From positions 1 to 34,004 of the IMG/VR virus record IMGVR_UViG_3300025084_000105: 34,004 nt of DNA; one strand, given 5' to 3'. Both the position numbers and the translations under genes were made by a program. This document shows positions 17,344-27,027 of the stretch, piece after piece. The stretch's first letter is position 1; every line of letters starts with the position of its first letter. Origin of the DNA: a virus. Lineage: Duplodnaviria > Caudoviricetes. Below the pieces are notes generated by a model, which saw nothing but the letters and a program-made list of their open reading frames with translations, did no database searches and was not told the DNA's origin.

Positions 17344-17356
17344 TATTTCGAGAGTC

Positions 17357-17508
17357 TACAAAATTAAAAAAACGCTTTACTGAAAGCCTATGAGTTAATT
17401 ATTTAATTATTTCAATAGTGTTTTAGGTAGGTAGGTATCTAAAAATACCATTGAAGAAAATAAAAAAATAAAAACAATAGAGCAGTACCACGTTTTATTA
17501 GTTTTGTA
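17357..17508. other. AT-rich ~150-bp imperfect palindrome, candidate replication origin
   Basis: Outer arms TACAAAATTAAAAAAACGCTTTACTG / CAGTACCACGTTTTATTAGTTTTGTA. Inner arms TTCAATAGTGTTTTAGGTA / TATCTAAAAATACCATTGAA. Confidence 0.55.
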
Positions 17509-17560
17509 AAAATATAATTAAGTGAAAGAATTATAACCGTAGTTGTAGAGAGATGATAAT

Positions 17561-17935
17561 ATGAAAAGAGAAGGACACAGATTTAGTAAGAGAGGTGCTA
17601 ATAAACGAATACAAACTAAAGTTTATGAGTACCTACAAGAAGAAGGAGAAAAAACAGCGAGCGAAATAGCACATTGGTATAATGCAGTCTTAGAAAGCGA
17701 TAATAAATATTATGCTAGAGGCAGAAATCAAGGTACTAATGCAAGACAGGTTAGTAATGTAATGGCTAAGTCATTATTGTTTGAGAAGGTAGGACAGACT
17801 ATGTTTAATGGATTAGTAGCCGTATGGGATGCTAGACCCCTAGACGATGTAGTTGAAAGGGCTATTGCCTCAAAAAGACATATCAAAAAATACCCAATGT
17901 TTTTACAGAAAGCAATACAGGAGAGATTAGAATGA
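17561..17935 (+). CDS. Winged-helix DNA-binding protein
   Basis: VYEYLQEEGEKTASEIAHWYN...ARQVSNVM. Confidence 0.7.
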   Translation: MKREGHRFSKRGANKRIQTKVYEYLQEEGEKTASEIAHWYNAVLESDNKYYARGRNQGTNARQVSNVMAKSLLFEKVGQTMFNGLVAVWDARPLDDVVERAIASKRHIKKYPMFLQKAIQERLE

Positions 17936-18717
17936 GTTATTTGAAACAGCGTGGAGACACGGATTTTTTGTGGATGAACCCACCCTATGATAAAAACGAA
18001 CCCACTACTTTAGTAGTATATTATTCTAGTGAGCAAGGCTTTGCTTCTCTAATAGCAGGTTCTAGTTTAGTAGGTAATAGTGAACCCGTATGTAAAATAT
18101 TCTCAAAACTACATCAAGTTGAGCCTATGAATAGTTTGCCATTACCAACCTACCCCGAATGGAGAATGTATTGTAAATATAATTCTGACGGTAGGCGTTA
18201 TTTTATCCTTAAACTATCTCATGCTTATGTACCTTCACCGGAACATACAAAGGCGTGGTTGTATAACTATCCTGTTATGAGAGATATTATACTAGAAATG
18301 AGTACCTGCGGGGTTGATGAGTTAGTTTATTTAACATCAAATGTTATGCAAGATTTCTTGTTTGAAGAACAGCCACAGATACCACAAAAAGAATTGATAG
18401 TATATGATTACGTTGAACCCGAAGATGATGTCTTACAATTGACTAATGGGGAAGTTATAGACGATTTAGAAATGATTATGCCTTCGCCTTCGTGGATTAT
18501 GTGTAGTCTCTTCAATAACTTTTGCGGTAAAAGTATTCGTGGTAATTGGTTGGTGGTTTGTGCCAATGATAATACTACATATATCAATAAAAAAGAGGCT
18601 GATAGATTGTTAGAGTATATGATGCAGGTTCATGGTTTGCCGTATGACACTCTTTATTATAGTGAAATGATGACGGCTCTAAGCCACGCAGAACACATGG
18701 GGGCTAATTTACAATGA
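17932..18717 (+). CDS. PAC2 (proteasome assembly chaperone)-family-like protein
   Basis: TLVVYYSSEQGFASLIAG, IILEMSTCGVDELVYLTS and EADRLLEYMMQVHGLPYDT follow the PAC2 pattern. Recognised by eye; divergent. Confidence 0.5.
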   Translation: MSYLKQRGDTDFLWMNPPYDKNEPTTLVVYYSSEQGFASLIAGSSLVGNSEPVCKIFSKLHQVEPMNSLPLPTYPEWRMYCKYNSDGRRYFILKLSHAYVPSPEHTKAWLYNYPVMRDIILEMSTCGVDELVYLTSNVMQDFLFEEQPQIPQKELIVYDYVEPEDDVLQLTNGEVIDDLEMIMPSPSWIMCSLFNNFCGKSIRGNWLVVCANDNTTYINKKEADRLLEYMMQVHGLPYDTLYYSEMMTALSHAEHMGANLQ

Positions 18718-20045
18718 ATATTTTCGATAAAACTATTGAGTTTGCACAGAGAAATTACTTCGTAGGTGTTGAAGATAAAATACCTATCTTCCTATGTAGT
18801 ATAGGTAGTCATATTTTTAATGCACTTAATAAGTGTAGTCGGTGCGACTTTGACCCCGATAGCCCTTTGGTAAATCAAGAAGATGGTGATTTCGTTATAG
18901 AAAATTGCCCTCTTAGACACGATAACATACCATTCTATACACCTATGTCTCAATTGCCCGACACACGTATTCACATACTAATGAGAGGTGCGAAAGGTAG
19001 TGGTAAGTCTGTTCTTATTCTTATGTTCCTAGCGGAAGGCACAGGTTTAGTGTATAACTCTAACTCTGATTTAGGGCAGGGTTTCAACACCATGATGGGT
19101 GCTAACTCTATCACAGAGGCAGGTATGTTTGGTAGTGTTGATGAAGAAGGAAATATAGCAGGTCGCCCAATCGCTAGAGAAATGTGTGGCGGCTTCTTAG
19201 GATTTGAAGAGTTTTCCTCTATGTCCGATGCGTCTAAAAAAGACCACAGTATGGATATGAAAAATCAATTACTTACATCACTAGACAATGGTAGAGTGCA
19301 GAAGGCTATGCGTAGCGGTTGGGTAAATTACACTACACGCTACACAGTTTGGGCGGGTACACAACCTGCTAGGTTTGAGTTAGATAGCGGTCTTGATAGG
19401 CGTTTCTTCATCATAGATATAGAGATGACACCCGAAAAGGAAAGGGAGTATAAACTAGCACAACACGCTCAAGCGAATATGCAAAAAGAAGATAGAATTG
19501 CGTTGGCTAATCTTAATATGGAGATAAAAGAATGGATAAGAAATAGAATGCACCAAGCAGTAGCCAATCCACCAACAGGAATATTGTTTGGTAATGATAT
19601 TATGGAATGGATTGATAGACCGGATGTACGAAGTTTCGAGGCAGATTTATTCCGTAGGATGTGTATAGGTTATGCTATGATGCAACCTACTTATCGTGGT
19701 GGAGAGCCGTTGATAATTACTCTTGATGATACTTTAAGGGAAATACTAAATCAATCACTAACACAACGCAGAAGAGTTATGGATGCAGACTTAGAATTAA
19801 TTCGTTCAGCGTTTTGGATGAAGGACATACCTAAGAGCCAATTACTAAAAGAGATTTCACGAATGATAACGATGGGAGATTACCAATCGGCTAAGCGTTG
19901 GTTAATTGAAAACCTTGAGGGGCAGACATGGTACAGCGAAGTCGAGCCTAGTGTTAAAAGAAGAGGCCGTAAGGGTGTTATTTGCCGCTTTGGTAAAGTA
20001 AGTGAAGAAAGTGAACCTGTAAAATGGGGTGGAAAAAATGTTTAA
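18714..20045 (+). CDS. AAA+ ATPase, MCM-like (putative replicative helicase)
   Basis: Walker A GAKGSGKS, SITEAGMFGSV (MCM S.AGL-like), Walker B GGFLGFEEF, Arg finger LDRRF. Confidence 0.75.
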   Translation: MNIFDKTIEFAQRNYFVGVEDKIPIFLCSIGSHIFNALNKCSRCDFDPDSPLVNQEDGDFVIENCPLRHDNIPFYTPMSQLPDTRIHILMRGAKGSGKSVLILMFLAEGTGLVYNSNSDLGQGFNTMMGANSITEAGMFGSVDEEGNIAGRPIAREMCGGFLGFEEFSSMSDASKKDHSMDMKNQLLTSLDNGRVQKAMRSGWVNYTTRYTVWAGTQPARFELDSGLDRRFFIIDIEMTPEKEREYKLAQHAQANMQKEDRIALANLNMEIKEWIRNRMHQAVANPPTGILFGNDIMEWIDRPDVRSFEADLFRRMCIGYAMMQPTYRGGEPLIITLDDTLREILNQSLTQRRRVMDADLELIRSAFWMKDIPKSQLLKEISRMITMGDYQSAKRWLIENLEGQTWYSEVEPSVKRRGRKGVICRFGKVSEESEPVKWGGKNV

Positions 20046-20424
20046 GGAAAGAACGGGATTGAGAGCAAGAGGAAGAAAAAATAGTAAGATGTTAGAATGT
20101 GCGGGTAGGTTCTTTTGTGAACAGCCGGATGATGAATGGTTTACAGCCAAACAAATATATTACCGCATGACTTTCAAAAATGGTAATCTCTATAAAAATC
20201 ATAGATTTGCTAGAAGTTTTGGTACGTTTTGTTCTCACCTAAATAACCATGAGGGTTTCAAAAGAAAGAAAGATACAGCCGTTGGTAAACATCACCTGTA
20301 TATTTTCGATAAAAATAACTACGAAAAGTATTTCCCGACAGACCCGCACCGAGCAAGAGGAGACGAAAGAGTGTATATCGGCAAAGGTACTAAGGTTTAT
20401 AAGGATAAACAAGGAAGTGAGTAA
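20038..20424 (+). CDS. Basic protein, possible winged-helix
   Basis: EWFTAKQIYYRM...FGTFCSHL. GGGGTGG RBS before MFKERT. Confidence 0.6.
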   Translation: MFKERTGLRARGRKNSKMLECAGRFFCEQPDDEWFTAKQIYYRMTFKNGNLYKNHRFARSFGTFCSHLNNHEGFKRKKDTAVGKHHLYIFDKNNYEKYFPTDPHRARGDERVYIGKGTKVYKDKQGSE

Positions 20425-20425
20425 T

Positions 20426-21043
20426 ATGAGAACCAAGACAGAGATACATCAAAGGCTTGCGACAGAAAATGATGCCTTCGCAATAGAGGTACTACGATGG
20501 GTTCTAGCGGGTGGTTGTGATATGTGCGAACACAAAGAAAGGAAAGAGTTAGAGAAACAAGTATTCAATGATGATACTTCTCCTAGTTATCTTGAGGCTA
20601 AATATAATTGGCCGGATGGTACAGTAATGCACCACATGGACACGCACATGGAATATAACCCTACTGAGGCTATGCACATGGAACAGGCCCGTTCTCAATC
20701 TATCAATACGTTAGACTCCGCAGAGGATATTGTTATTAGGATAAGAAATTATTTGGATGAGTTAGAGGCTAGAAAAGAAGCCGAAGGTGGTATCACATCA
20801 GAGTTTGTAGCCGATGCCTCTAGGCTTATCGCACAGGCTAATACTTCGCTAAAATTAGTGGGTCAATTGAAGAAAGAAATAGGTGTTGATAGCCAATTGC
20901 TACTAGCCAACAACCAATTAAATCATGTTAGTCGTATTCTTGTTGAGACGTTAGCAGACCAACCTAAACTACTTGATGATGTGGAAAAGAAATTGAACCT
21001 ACTATCCACACCTATTGATGTTCCCTTTGAGGTGATTGAATGA
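20426..21043 (+). CDS. CxxCxH Zn-finger/HTH plus coiled-coil protein
   Basis: CDMCEH...HMDTH followed by long helices. Start moved to MRTKTE. Architecture resembles some terminase small subunits (tentative). Confidence 0.7.
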   Translation: MRTKTEIHQRLATENDAFAIEVLRWVLAGGCDMCEHKERKELEKQVFNDDTSPSYLEAKYNWPDGTVMHHMDTHMEYNPTEAMHMEQARSQSINTLDSAEDIVIRIRNYLDELEARKEAEGGITSEFVADASRLIAQANTSLKLVGQLKKEIGVDSQLLLANNQLNHVSRILVETLADQPKLLDDVEKKLNLLSTPIDVPFEVIE

Positions 21044-21294
21044 GTAAAAAGTGGAGAAAAACTACTGATAAGTATTTTGCTACTAGACCTATTTTTAAGG
21101 AAGAAATACCTAACTTGATAAAGAGTATGATAGAAGATGGTCTTTTTGCTATGATAACTAGTGAGGGTATATTTTGGTTTCATGGTGGTTATCGCCTACA
21201 AAAAAAAGTAGTGCGTAGTATGTGGAACTTATCTACACATCAAATGAAAAGAGTAGAAGATTACATCTATGGGAATGACCCATTTGATTTATAA
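21040..21294 (+). CDS. Hypothetical protein
   Basis: ORF track, GAGGTGA RBS. Confidence 0.7.
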   Translation: MSKKWRKTTDKYFATRPIFKEEIPNLIKSMIEDGLFAMITSEGIFWFHGGYRLQKKVVRSMWNLSTHQMKRVEDYIYGNDPFDL

Positions 21295-21325
21295 ACATGG
21301 TTTTGAGAAAAATTGACTAAAAAAA

Positions 21326-22003
21326 TTGAAAGGGGGTATCAGCATTATAATTTTTACTAATGACGAAACACCTTTCCGTAGCGACAATGAAATTATTATG
21401 TACGGTACAATAGATAGTATTCCTACCTTAAAAGAAACTACATACATACTACACACTAACAAGTTTTCATCTAACGATGTCATCACATGGTCTCCTTTAG
21501 TACAGAATAAGTTAGTTATAATTACGGAAAAATTACCTAAGTTATCCAAGAAGGCGAAGGAATTATGTGTAATAGATGACAACCTAAAGAAGAAAGATAA
21601 CAACGAAACATTTATGTTAGTTAGAGGTATGCTCAATTGGGAAGATAGAAATAGGGTAAAAGCATTGTACCGAGAGCAACCTACCGCTTTGCTGTTATGG
21701 TTTCTAAAATCGAACATAGATGATATAAAAATGTGGAGAAGAGTAGCAAAGGTGCTTTACTTTTTACCGGAAAAGTATCTTAAAGCATCTTTGATATATG
21801 GTATTAAGCCATCTCGTAAAAGAGTGGTGTGGCCTAAAAAGAAAAAGACGGTAAAAGAAAAACCGGAATTGTTTCGTGAGACTGATAAGCATTGGGAGAT
21901 ACTTTTAGAAAACTCTATAACCGTAGCCAATGAAGTTAGAGACAATGGTGATGTACCGAAAGGTATGCGTAAAACCAAAGAGAGGCAACATACGTGGATA
22001 TAA
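21326..22003 (+). CDS. Degenerate RFC large-subunit-like protein lacking a P-loop
   Basis: IIIFTND and EQPTALLLWFLKSNI resemble RFC-L PIILIAND and ETP..L..WIDEN. No Walker A seen; start uncertain. Confidence 0.45.
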   Translation: MKGGISIIIFTNDETPFRSDNEIIMYGTIDSIPTLKETTYILHTNKFSSNDVITWSPLVQNKLVIITEKLPKLSKKAKELCVIDDNLKKKDNNETFMLVRGMLNWEDRNRVKALYREQPTALLLWFLKSNIDDIKMWRRVAKVLYFLPEKYLKASLIYGIKPSRKRVVWPKKKKTVKEKPELFRETDKHWEILLENSITVANEVRDNGDVPKGMRKTKERQHTWI

Positions 22004-22212
22004 TATGGTCGAATCTTTTATGTATATTTTCCTTTTTAGGGTTAGGTTTCTTTTGTTTATTTGTTGAAGAAATGATACAAAAGTTTTTTGAGGATAGAGT
22101 AATTCTTATTAAACAAGACGCTTGCGAAGCACCCCGTAGTCCGTGTGGGGAATACGAACAAAACTCCTTCGCAGACGGTATATTTTGGGCTGATGTGGGG
22201 AACGACTTATAA
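21994..22212 (+). CDS. Small membrane protein
   Basis: N-terminal hydrophobic stretch. Confidence 0.5.
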   Translation: MDIIWSNLLCIFSFLGLGFFCLFVEEMIQKFFEDRVILIKQDACEAPRSPCGEYEQNSFADGIFWADVGNDL

Positions 22213-22235
22213 TACCTATACGCTAACAGTTATAC

Positions 22236-22634
22236 ATGAGTGCAAATAACCGAAGAGTTAGGCGGCTCATAGTAGAGATATTATGGGAGTACGGTGCTAT
22301 GACAAAAGAGGGCGTAGCACAGAAGTTATCTAGTGAGAAGAATGTACGTGCAGTACCTTCACCCCACAGTCTTTCAGCACTTCTTTCTAAGAATCCACAG
22401 ATAGTAGCGATAGGTTCTGAACTTGTCGAGAATGCTGTCGGTATCAAGGCTAAACATTTAGTGTATGATATTGACCGTGAATTGATACAACATCGAGACG
22501 AAATAGTTTATACCCGTAGTCCTACCGTGATGACACCTAAGCAACGTGAAATAGCACAACAATGTACTTGTGGGAAGATACGTGTTTTTCCACCGGAAAC
22601 GGACAAGTGCTTACATTGTATAAGAAAGGGTTAA
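22236..22634 (+). CDS. Winged-helix plus C-terminal Zn-ribbon protein, putative transcription regulator
   Basis: IVEILWEYGAMTKEGVAQKL...SPHSLSALL and CTCG...CLHC. TATA ~29 nt upstream. Confidence 0.7.
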   Translation: MSANNRRVRRLIVEILWEYGAMTKEGVAQKLSSEKNVRAVPSPHSLSALLSKNPQIVAIGSELVENAVGIKAKHLVYDIDRELIQHRDEIVYTRSPTVMTPKQREIAQQCTCGKIRVFPPETDKCLHCIRKG

Positions 22635-22649
22635 TACAACAGTTAGGAT

Positions 22650-22994
22650 ATGGTCTATATGGTAGGGATGATGCGAGACGACATTGACACCATCATAAGA
22701 GGAATGTTGCAGACAGAAAGCCATGTTGATTTTAGTAGAATACTAACACAAGAGAATATGTTTGACGCTTCTCTCATACGTTCCTTTTTATTCCAAGCCT
22801 TTGAAGAAGAAGAGTTTGAAGAAGAGATGTTTAATCTCTCGGATGATTTTATCAGAGGTGTTCTTTCCGGTTTAATGCTTGCTGTTATGGTTGAAAGAAG
22901 AAACGGAGAGCGTATGGGTACACGTAGTCATTCTGAAATAGTTGATTTATATGATAGTGGTTTGGCCTACATAGCGGAAAAGGCAATCAAATAG
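22650..22994 (+). CDS. Acidic hypothetical protein
   Basis: ORF track. Start uncertain. Confidence 0.7.
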   Translation: MVYMVGMMRDDIDTIIRGMLQTESHVDFSRILTQENMFDASLIRSFLFQAFEEEEFEEEMFNLSDDFIRGVLSGLMLAVMVERRNGERMGTRSHSEIVDLYDSGLAYIAEKAIK

Positions 22995-23024
22995 TTTATA
23001 ACCGTAATCTAATGACGGTTAGAT

Positions 23025-23912
23025 ATGCTTTGGGCGAACAAATATAGACCTGCTACCTTTGAAGAGTGTGTTGGTGGTATCAAACATTGTGATTGGTTAA
23101 TCAATGAAATGCAACACGTATTGCTATACAGTAGGGGTGCGGGAACAGGCAAGACTACTCTTGCTTATGTTCTAGCAAATCAGTTAGGTTATCAATTACA
23201 TATATTCAATGCTTCCTCTAAGAAAACTAGAGGTATAGGGTTTGTCGAAGAAGAGTTAATTCCTTTGACACGTTCCGGTAATTACAAACAAATTATATTA
23301 TTAGATGAGGCAGACCAATTGACACCCGAAGCACAGGGGGCTTTGAAAGGTGTGATAGAGAATGCACAGGGCTACTTTATTCTTACTTGTAATGACATAA
23401 GCAAGGTTAGCCAATGGATTCAATCACGATGTCTTAAGATGTCGATAGACCCTTTGAAAGAAGATGCTATGATGGGTAGGTTAGAATATATTTGTGGTGC
23501 AGAAAATGTAGGTATTACAGAGACGCAACTGCGTCAAATATGCAAAGCCAATTTAGGAGACATGAGAAATGCTATCAACGCATTACAAGCGTATGCTTCA
23601 TTCGATGAACCTATTGGTGCATCACAATTTGTTAGAAGTTTAGGAGACCTAGACTTCGATAGTATTTCTTTCTTAAAACTATGTTTTAAGGATAATGATT
23701 TTAGTAGTAGTTATACTATGCTAAAGGATGAAGATACACGCTCGGTTGTTCGTGCTGTCTTTACAGATGCGGTTGACGGTGAGGCTTCAACCAAAAATAA
23801 ACTTCGTGTGATTGATGCGGCTATTACCGCAGAACGTGATATAATAGATGGTGTTGATGAGTTTATTGTCAAGGCCAACTTTGTCCGAATGATGGTAGGA
23901 GAAAGTTTATAA
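23025..23912 (+). CDS. rfcS: Replication factor C small subunit (clamp loader)
   Basis: LWANKYRP, GAGTGKTT, LDEAD, QSRC and GDMRNAINALQ. Confidence 0.93.
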   Translation: MLWANKYRPATFEECVGGIKHCDWLINEMQHVLLYSRGAGTGKTTLAYVLANQLGYQLHIFNASSKKTRGIGFVEEELIPLTRSGNYKQIILLDEADQLTPEAQGALKGVIENAQGYFILTCNDISKVSQWIQSRCLKMSIDPLKEDAMMGRLEYICGAENVGITETQLRQICKANLGDMRNAINALQAYASFDEPIGASQFVRSLGDLDFDSISFLKLCFKDNDFSSSYTMLKDEDTRSVVRAVFTDAVDGEASTKNKLRVIDAAITAERDIIDGVDEFIVKANFVRMMVGESL

Positions 23913-23951
23913 CCGTAATCAATCAACGGAAGAATAACAAAGGTGAAAAAA

Positions 23952-25133
23952 ATGTCTGATGATATGCTGAATAATATTGCTAAAACGCTGAATGTCGCAC
24001 CACAAATGGTGCAAGAGAGGGCTGATGCTGTCCTCGCTGAACAGGGTGCTGCGTGGAAAAACGCAGGTCGCTCTGATGAGGATTGTTTTATCCTTGCTCT
24101 TAGAGTAGCAGGAAGAAACATTACTACTGAAAATGCGAGAATGCGGAGAGCAGGTGCAGATACATACGAAGGTATGTTTATCTCTGTACCACGCCCTAAA
24201 GAATGGGGTAAAATACTCTACAATAAAATGAAGAACCAAATGATTAATGCTAGTAGTGATGTTCGCATGGCTCTAGTGAATAGTGGTGCAGTAGTGCTGT
24301 TTGAGAATAACCATGATGGCTCATACACAAGACTTGCGGCAGAAATGTTCGGCTTTGGTGCAGAAAGTGAAGTTTCTTCACTACCAAAACACACTATGCA
24401 ATTAGATGCTAACACACATTTCTATGTAGTGTGGGATAAAAATAACGCAACCTTCCCTAGCGGTGATGCTAACTTCAAGTACGGTGCGGCTCGGCCTCAA
24501 GATGAGAGAGAAAGAACTTCATTGTTCTATGGCCGACCACAAGGTGCAACGGGTGAACCGCAGGTGTTTACTGTAAGCGGTAATGGACAGGCGGCTGACC
24601 GTCAATTCCCTACCTTCACACCACTTACTATTCCCCTAAAAACAGGTAAGAATAATAGATGTTATATGAACTTAGATGTTTCATTACCTACTATCAATGC
24701 AGATTTGGCTAGTATGTTTAGCGGTTCTCCTGTTGATATGCTACCTGCTATTATTGGTGATGAAAATATGTTGCCAAACTTAGGTGCTTTGGGTGCTTAC
24801 TACGATAACTTCAACGGTAAAGATGGTTGGTGGGATAGAACCTGTGCAACTGTTGCAGAAGTTATACACATAGACCCAAGAGACAATGGTGGCTCTATCT
24901 TAGTTTGTGGTGATGTTGATATTACTTCAATGGCAGGTACGATAGATGTTTACTGTGATGATATACCTTCCTTCGGTGTTGGTACTAAATTACTACTACA
25001 CGGTCAAGCATGGAGAAGTCGTGAAGGTGAAGATAGAATGAGTGTAAATGGTTGGTGGGCTTTCGATGAAGTTGCACAAATGGTTACACCGGACTTTGAT
25101 GATGACAATTCCACCGAAGGGTGGGATGCTTGA
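23952..25133 (+). CDS. Putative ssDNA-binding protein (RPA/OB-fold-like)
   Basis: Beta-rich C-terminus, acidic tail (DFDDDNSTEGWDA) and position in the replication module. GGTGA RBS before MSDDML. Confidence 0.5.
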   Translation: MSDDMLNNIAKTLNVAPQMVQERADAVLAEQGAAWKNAGRSDEDCFILALRVAGRNITTENARMRRAGADTYEGMFISVPRPKEWGKILYNKMKNQMINASSDVRMALVNSGAVVLFENNHDGSYTRLAAEMFGFGAESEVSSLPKHTMQLDANTHFYVVWDKNNATFPSGDANFKYGAARPQDERERTSLFYGRPQGATGEPQVFTVSGNGQAADRQFPTFTPLTIPLKTGKNNRCYMNLDVSLPTINADLASMFSGSPVDMLPAIIGDENMLPNLGALGAYYDNFNGKDGWWDRTCATVAEVIHIDPRDNGGSILVCGDVDITSMAGTIDVYCDDIPSFGVGTKLLLHGQAWRSREGEDRMSVNGWWAFDEVAQMVTPDFDDDNSTEGWDA

Positions 25134-25450
25134 TTATTAACACATGGAAGGCCGTAGGGGAGTTTATACTTCTTGAAAGCCATGAGAGTATGAGTAGTAG
25201 TGGTCTTATCACAGAGACCATGTATACTGTTCACTCGATTGGTAGACAAGTACCAAGTGAATTAGCAGTAGGGGATAGTGTAGTCTTGACAGAAGAGGCT
25301 ATACTCTCCTCTCTCCATCCCGAAAGAACTGATGGTATATTTGTTATACATTACAGTAAAATATGTGCTGTCTGTTCTTTTAATGATGACTTTGGTAGTT
25401 ATGTAAATGGTGAAATGTACGACCAAGATATGCACGATGATTTATTTTAG
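25121..25450 (+). CDS. groES: Co-chaperonin GroES-like
   Basis: KAVGEFILLE...SSSGLI...VHSIG...LAVGDSVV...SKICAV, immediately upstream of GroEL. Start uncertain. Confidence 0.7.
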   Translation: MGCLIINTWKAVGEFILLESHESMSSSGLITETMYTVHSIGRQVPSELAVGDSVVLTEEAILSSLHPERTDGIFVIHYSKICAVCSFNDDFGSYVNGEMYDQDMHDDLF

Positions 25451-25459
25451 GTGATAAAA

Positions 25460-26992
25460 ATGGAAACAATATTAACAGGGGCAGAGGCACGTTCAAAATT
25501 GCTTGTAGGGGTAAACAAAGTAGCAAACTCTATCAAGGGTACTTTGGGTGCTAATGCAAGAACGGTAATCATACAAAACCCTATGGGTGCGCCCGTCATT
25601 CTTAATGATGGCGTTACCATAGCACGTGCTGTAACCGATACAGACCCGTATATTCAGATGGGGATAGATTTATTAAAGGAAGTAGCATCAGAGGCACAGG
25701 AAAAATCCGGTGATGGTACTACTAGCGCAACATTGATAGCACAGACATTGTGTAATGGCTCATTGTCTCTGATGGAAAAGGGTATTTCTCCCTTAAAAAT
25801 ACGTGATGAGTTTAAAGATTATTTAGAGGAGACCATTGAGTATCTTAGAGATGATGTTATAACGGATTTCGATTTGAAAGATGTGGCTACTATTGCCGCT
25901 AATAACGATGAAGAGTTAGGTGTTATGATTGCTGATGTAGTTAAGGAAGTAGGGTCAACAGGTGCTATAACAATAGAAACTTCACCAACAACCGAAACAT
26001 ACATTAAAGATTCATCCGGTGTCGAGGTGAATGCGGGTTATGCTCATAATCTTATGGCTAACTCCCCTAGAAACAAATGTCTCTTAGAAAATCCTTACGT
26101 GGTATGTACCACAGAAAAGATAGAAAACTTTAATACATTACTTCCTTCATTGGAAATTGCCGTCAAAGACGGCAGACCGATTATATTCTTTTGTGCTGAT
26201 TATAACCCACAGATGGTGCAGAACCTTTTAGTAAATATTATACAGGGTAAAGTAAGTGCTTGTATAGTTAAACCTAGTGGTATGCACGAACAGAAGCAAG
26301 CGTGGCTAGAAGATATTGCAGCGTTGACAGGGGCTAAGTTAATTTCTGTTACCTTAAAAGAAAGTATTAATAATATAACACCGAATAGTATGGGTGATGC
26401 AGACCGTATAGAGGCTAGTGCTAGAAGTACAATTATAAGTAGAAAGAGTGTAGAAAATCTAACACACCTAGATACTTTAAGGGAAAATATAGAAGGTGCT
26501 GAACACGAATGGTTAGCAGAACAAATGAATAATCGTCTATCAAGACTTACTACGGGCATCTCAACAATTTATGTTGGGGGTGCTACCGAAGTCGAGCAGG
26601 TAGAAAGAAAAGAGAGAGTAGATGATGCAGTTAACGCTTGTCGTCATGCTCTTGAATCCGGTGTTGTCATCGGGGGTGGCGCAACATTATACCATGCTTC
26701 ACTAGCGTTGAGTGAGGCGGGGTTTGACGGTGATGTTTTTGAGTTGTTTGTGAATGGTTTGCTAACACCTATCACTACTATTAGAGAGAATAGTGGAAAC
26801 CCTATGCTCGGTGATGTATTTCATGTAGGTAAGGGTAGTTATGTTTGTGGTAAGACAGGACAGTATAGAGACGCTAAACATGATGGGGTCTATGACCCTG
26901 TTAACGTAGTAATCAACAGTTTGGAGAGTGCTGTGTCTGTTGCCGCATTGGTCTTAATGACTGATGCTGCTATCATAGCACCGAGGGAGTAA
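25460..26992 (+). CDS. groEL: Group I chaperonin GroEL
   Basis: GTLGANAR, NDGVTIA, SGDGTTSA, VGGATEVE..ERKERVDDA, GGG and GVYDP. No GGM tail. Confidence 0.95.
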   Translation: METILTGAEARSKLLVGVNKVANSIKGTLGANARTVIIQNPMGAPVILNDGVTIARAVTDTDPYIQMGIDLLKEVASEAQEKSGDGTTSATLIAQTLCNGSLSLMEKGISPLKIRDEFKDYLEETIEYLRDDVITDFDLKDVATIAANNDEELGVMIADVVKEVGSTGAITIETSPTTETYIKDSSGVEVNAGYAHNLMANSPRNKCLLENPYVVCTTEKIENFNTLLPSLEIAVKDGRPIIFFCADYNPQMVQNLLVNIIQGKVSACIVKPSGMHEQKQAWLEDIAALTGAKLISVTLKESINNITPNSMGDADRIEASARSTIISRKSVENLTHLDTLRENIEGAEHEWLAEQMNNRLSRLTTGISTIYVGGATEVEQVERKERVDDAVNACRHALESGVVIGGGATLYHASLALSEAGFDGDVFELFVNGLLTPITTIRENSGNPMLGDVFHVGKGSYVCGKTGQYRDAKHDGVYDPVNVVINSLESAVSVAALVLMTDAAIIAPRE

Positions 26993-27027
26993 GAAGGTTT
27001 ATAACCGTAATCAAATGAGGAATATAT

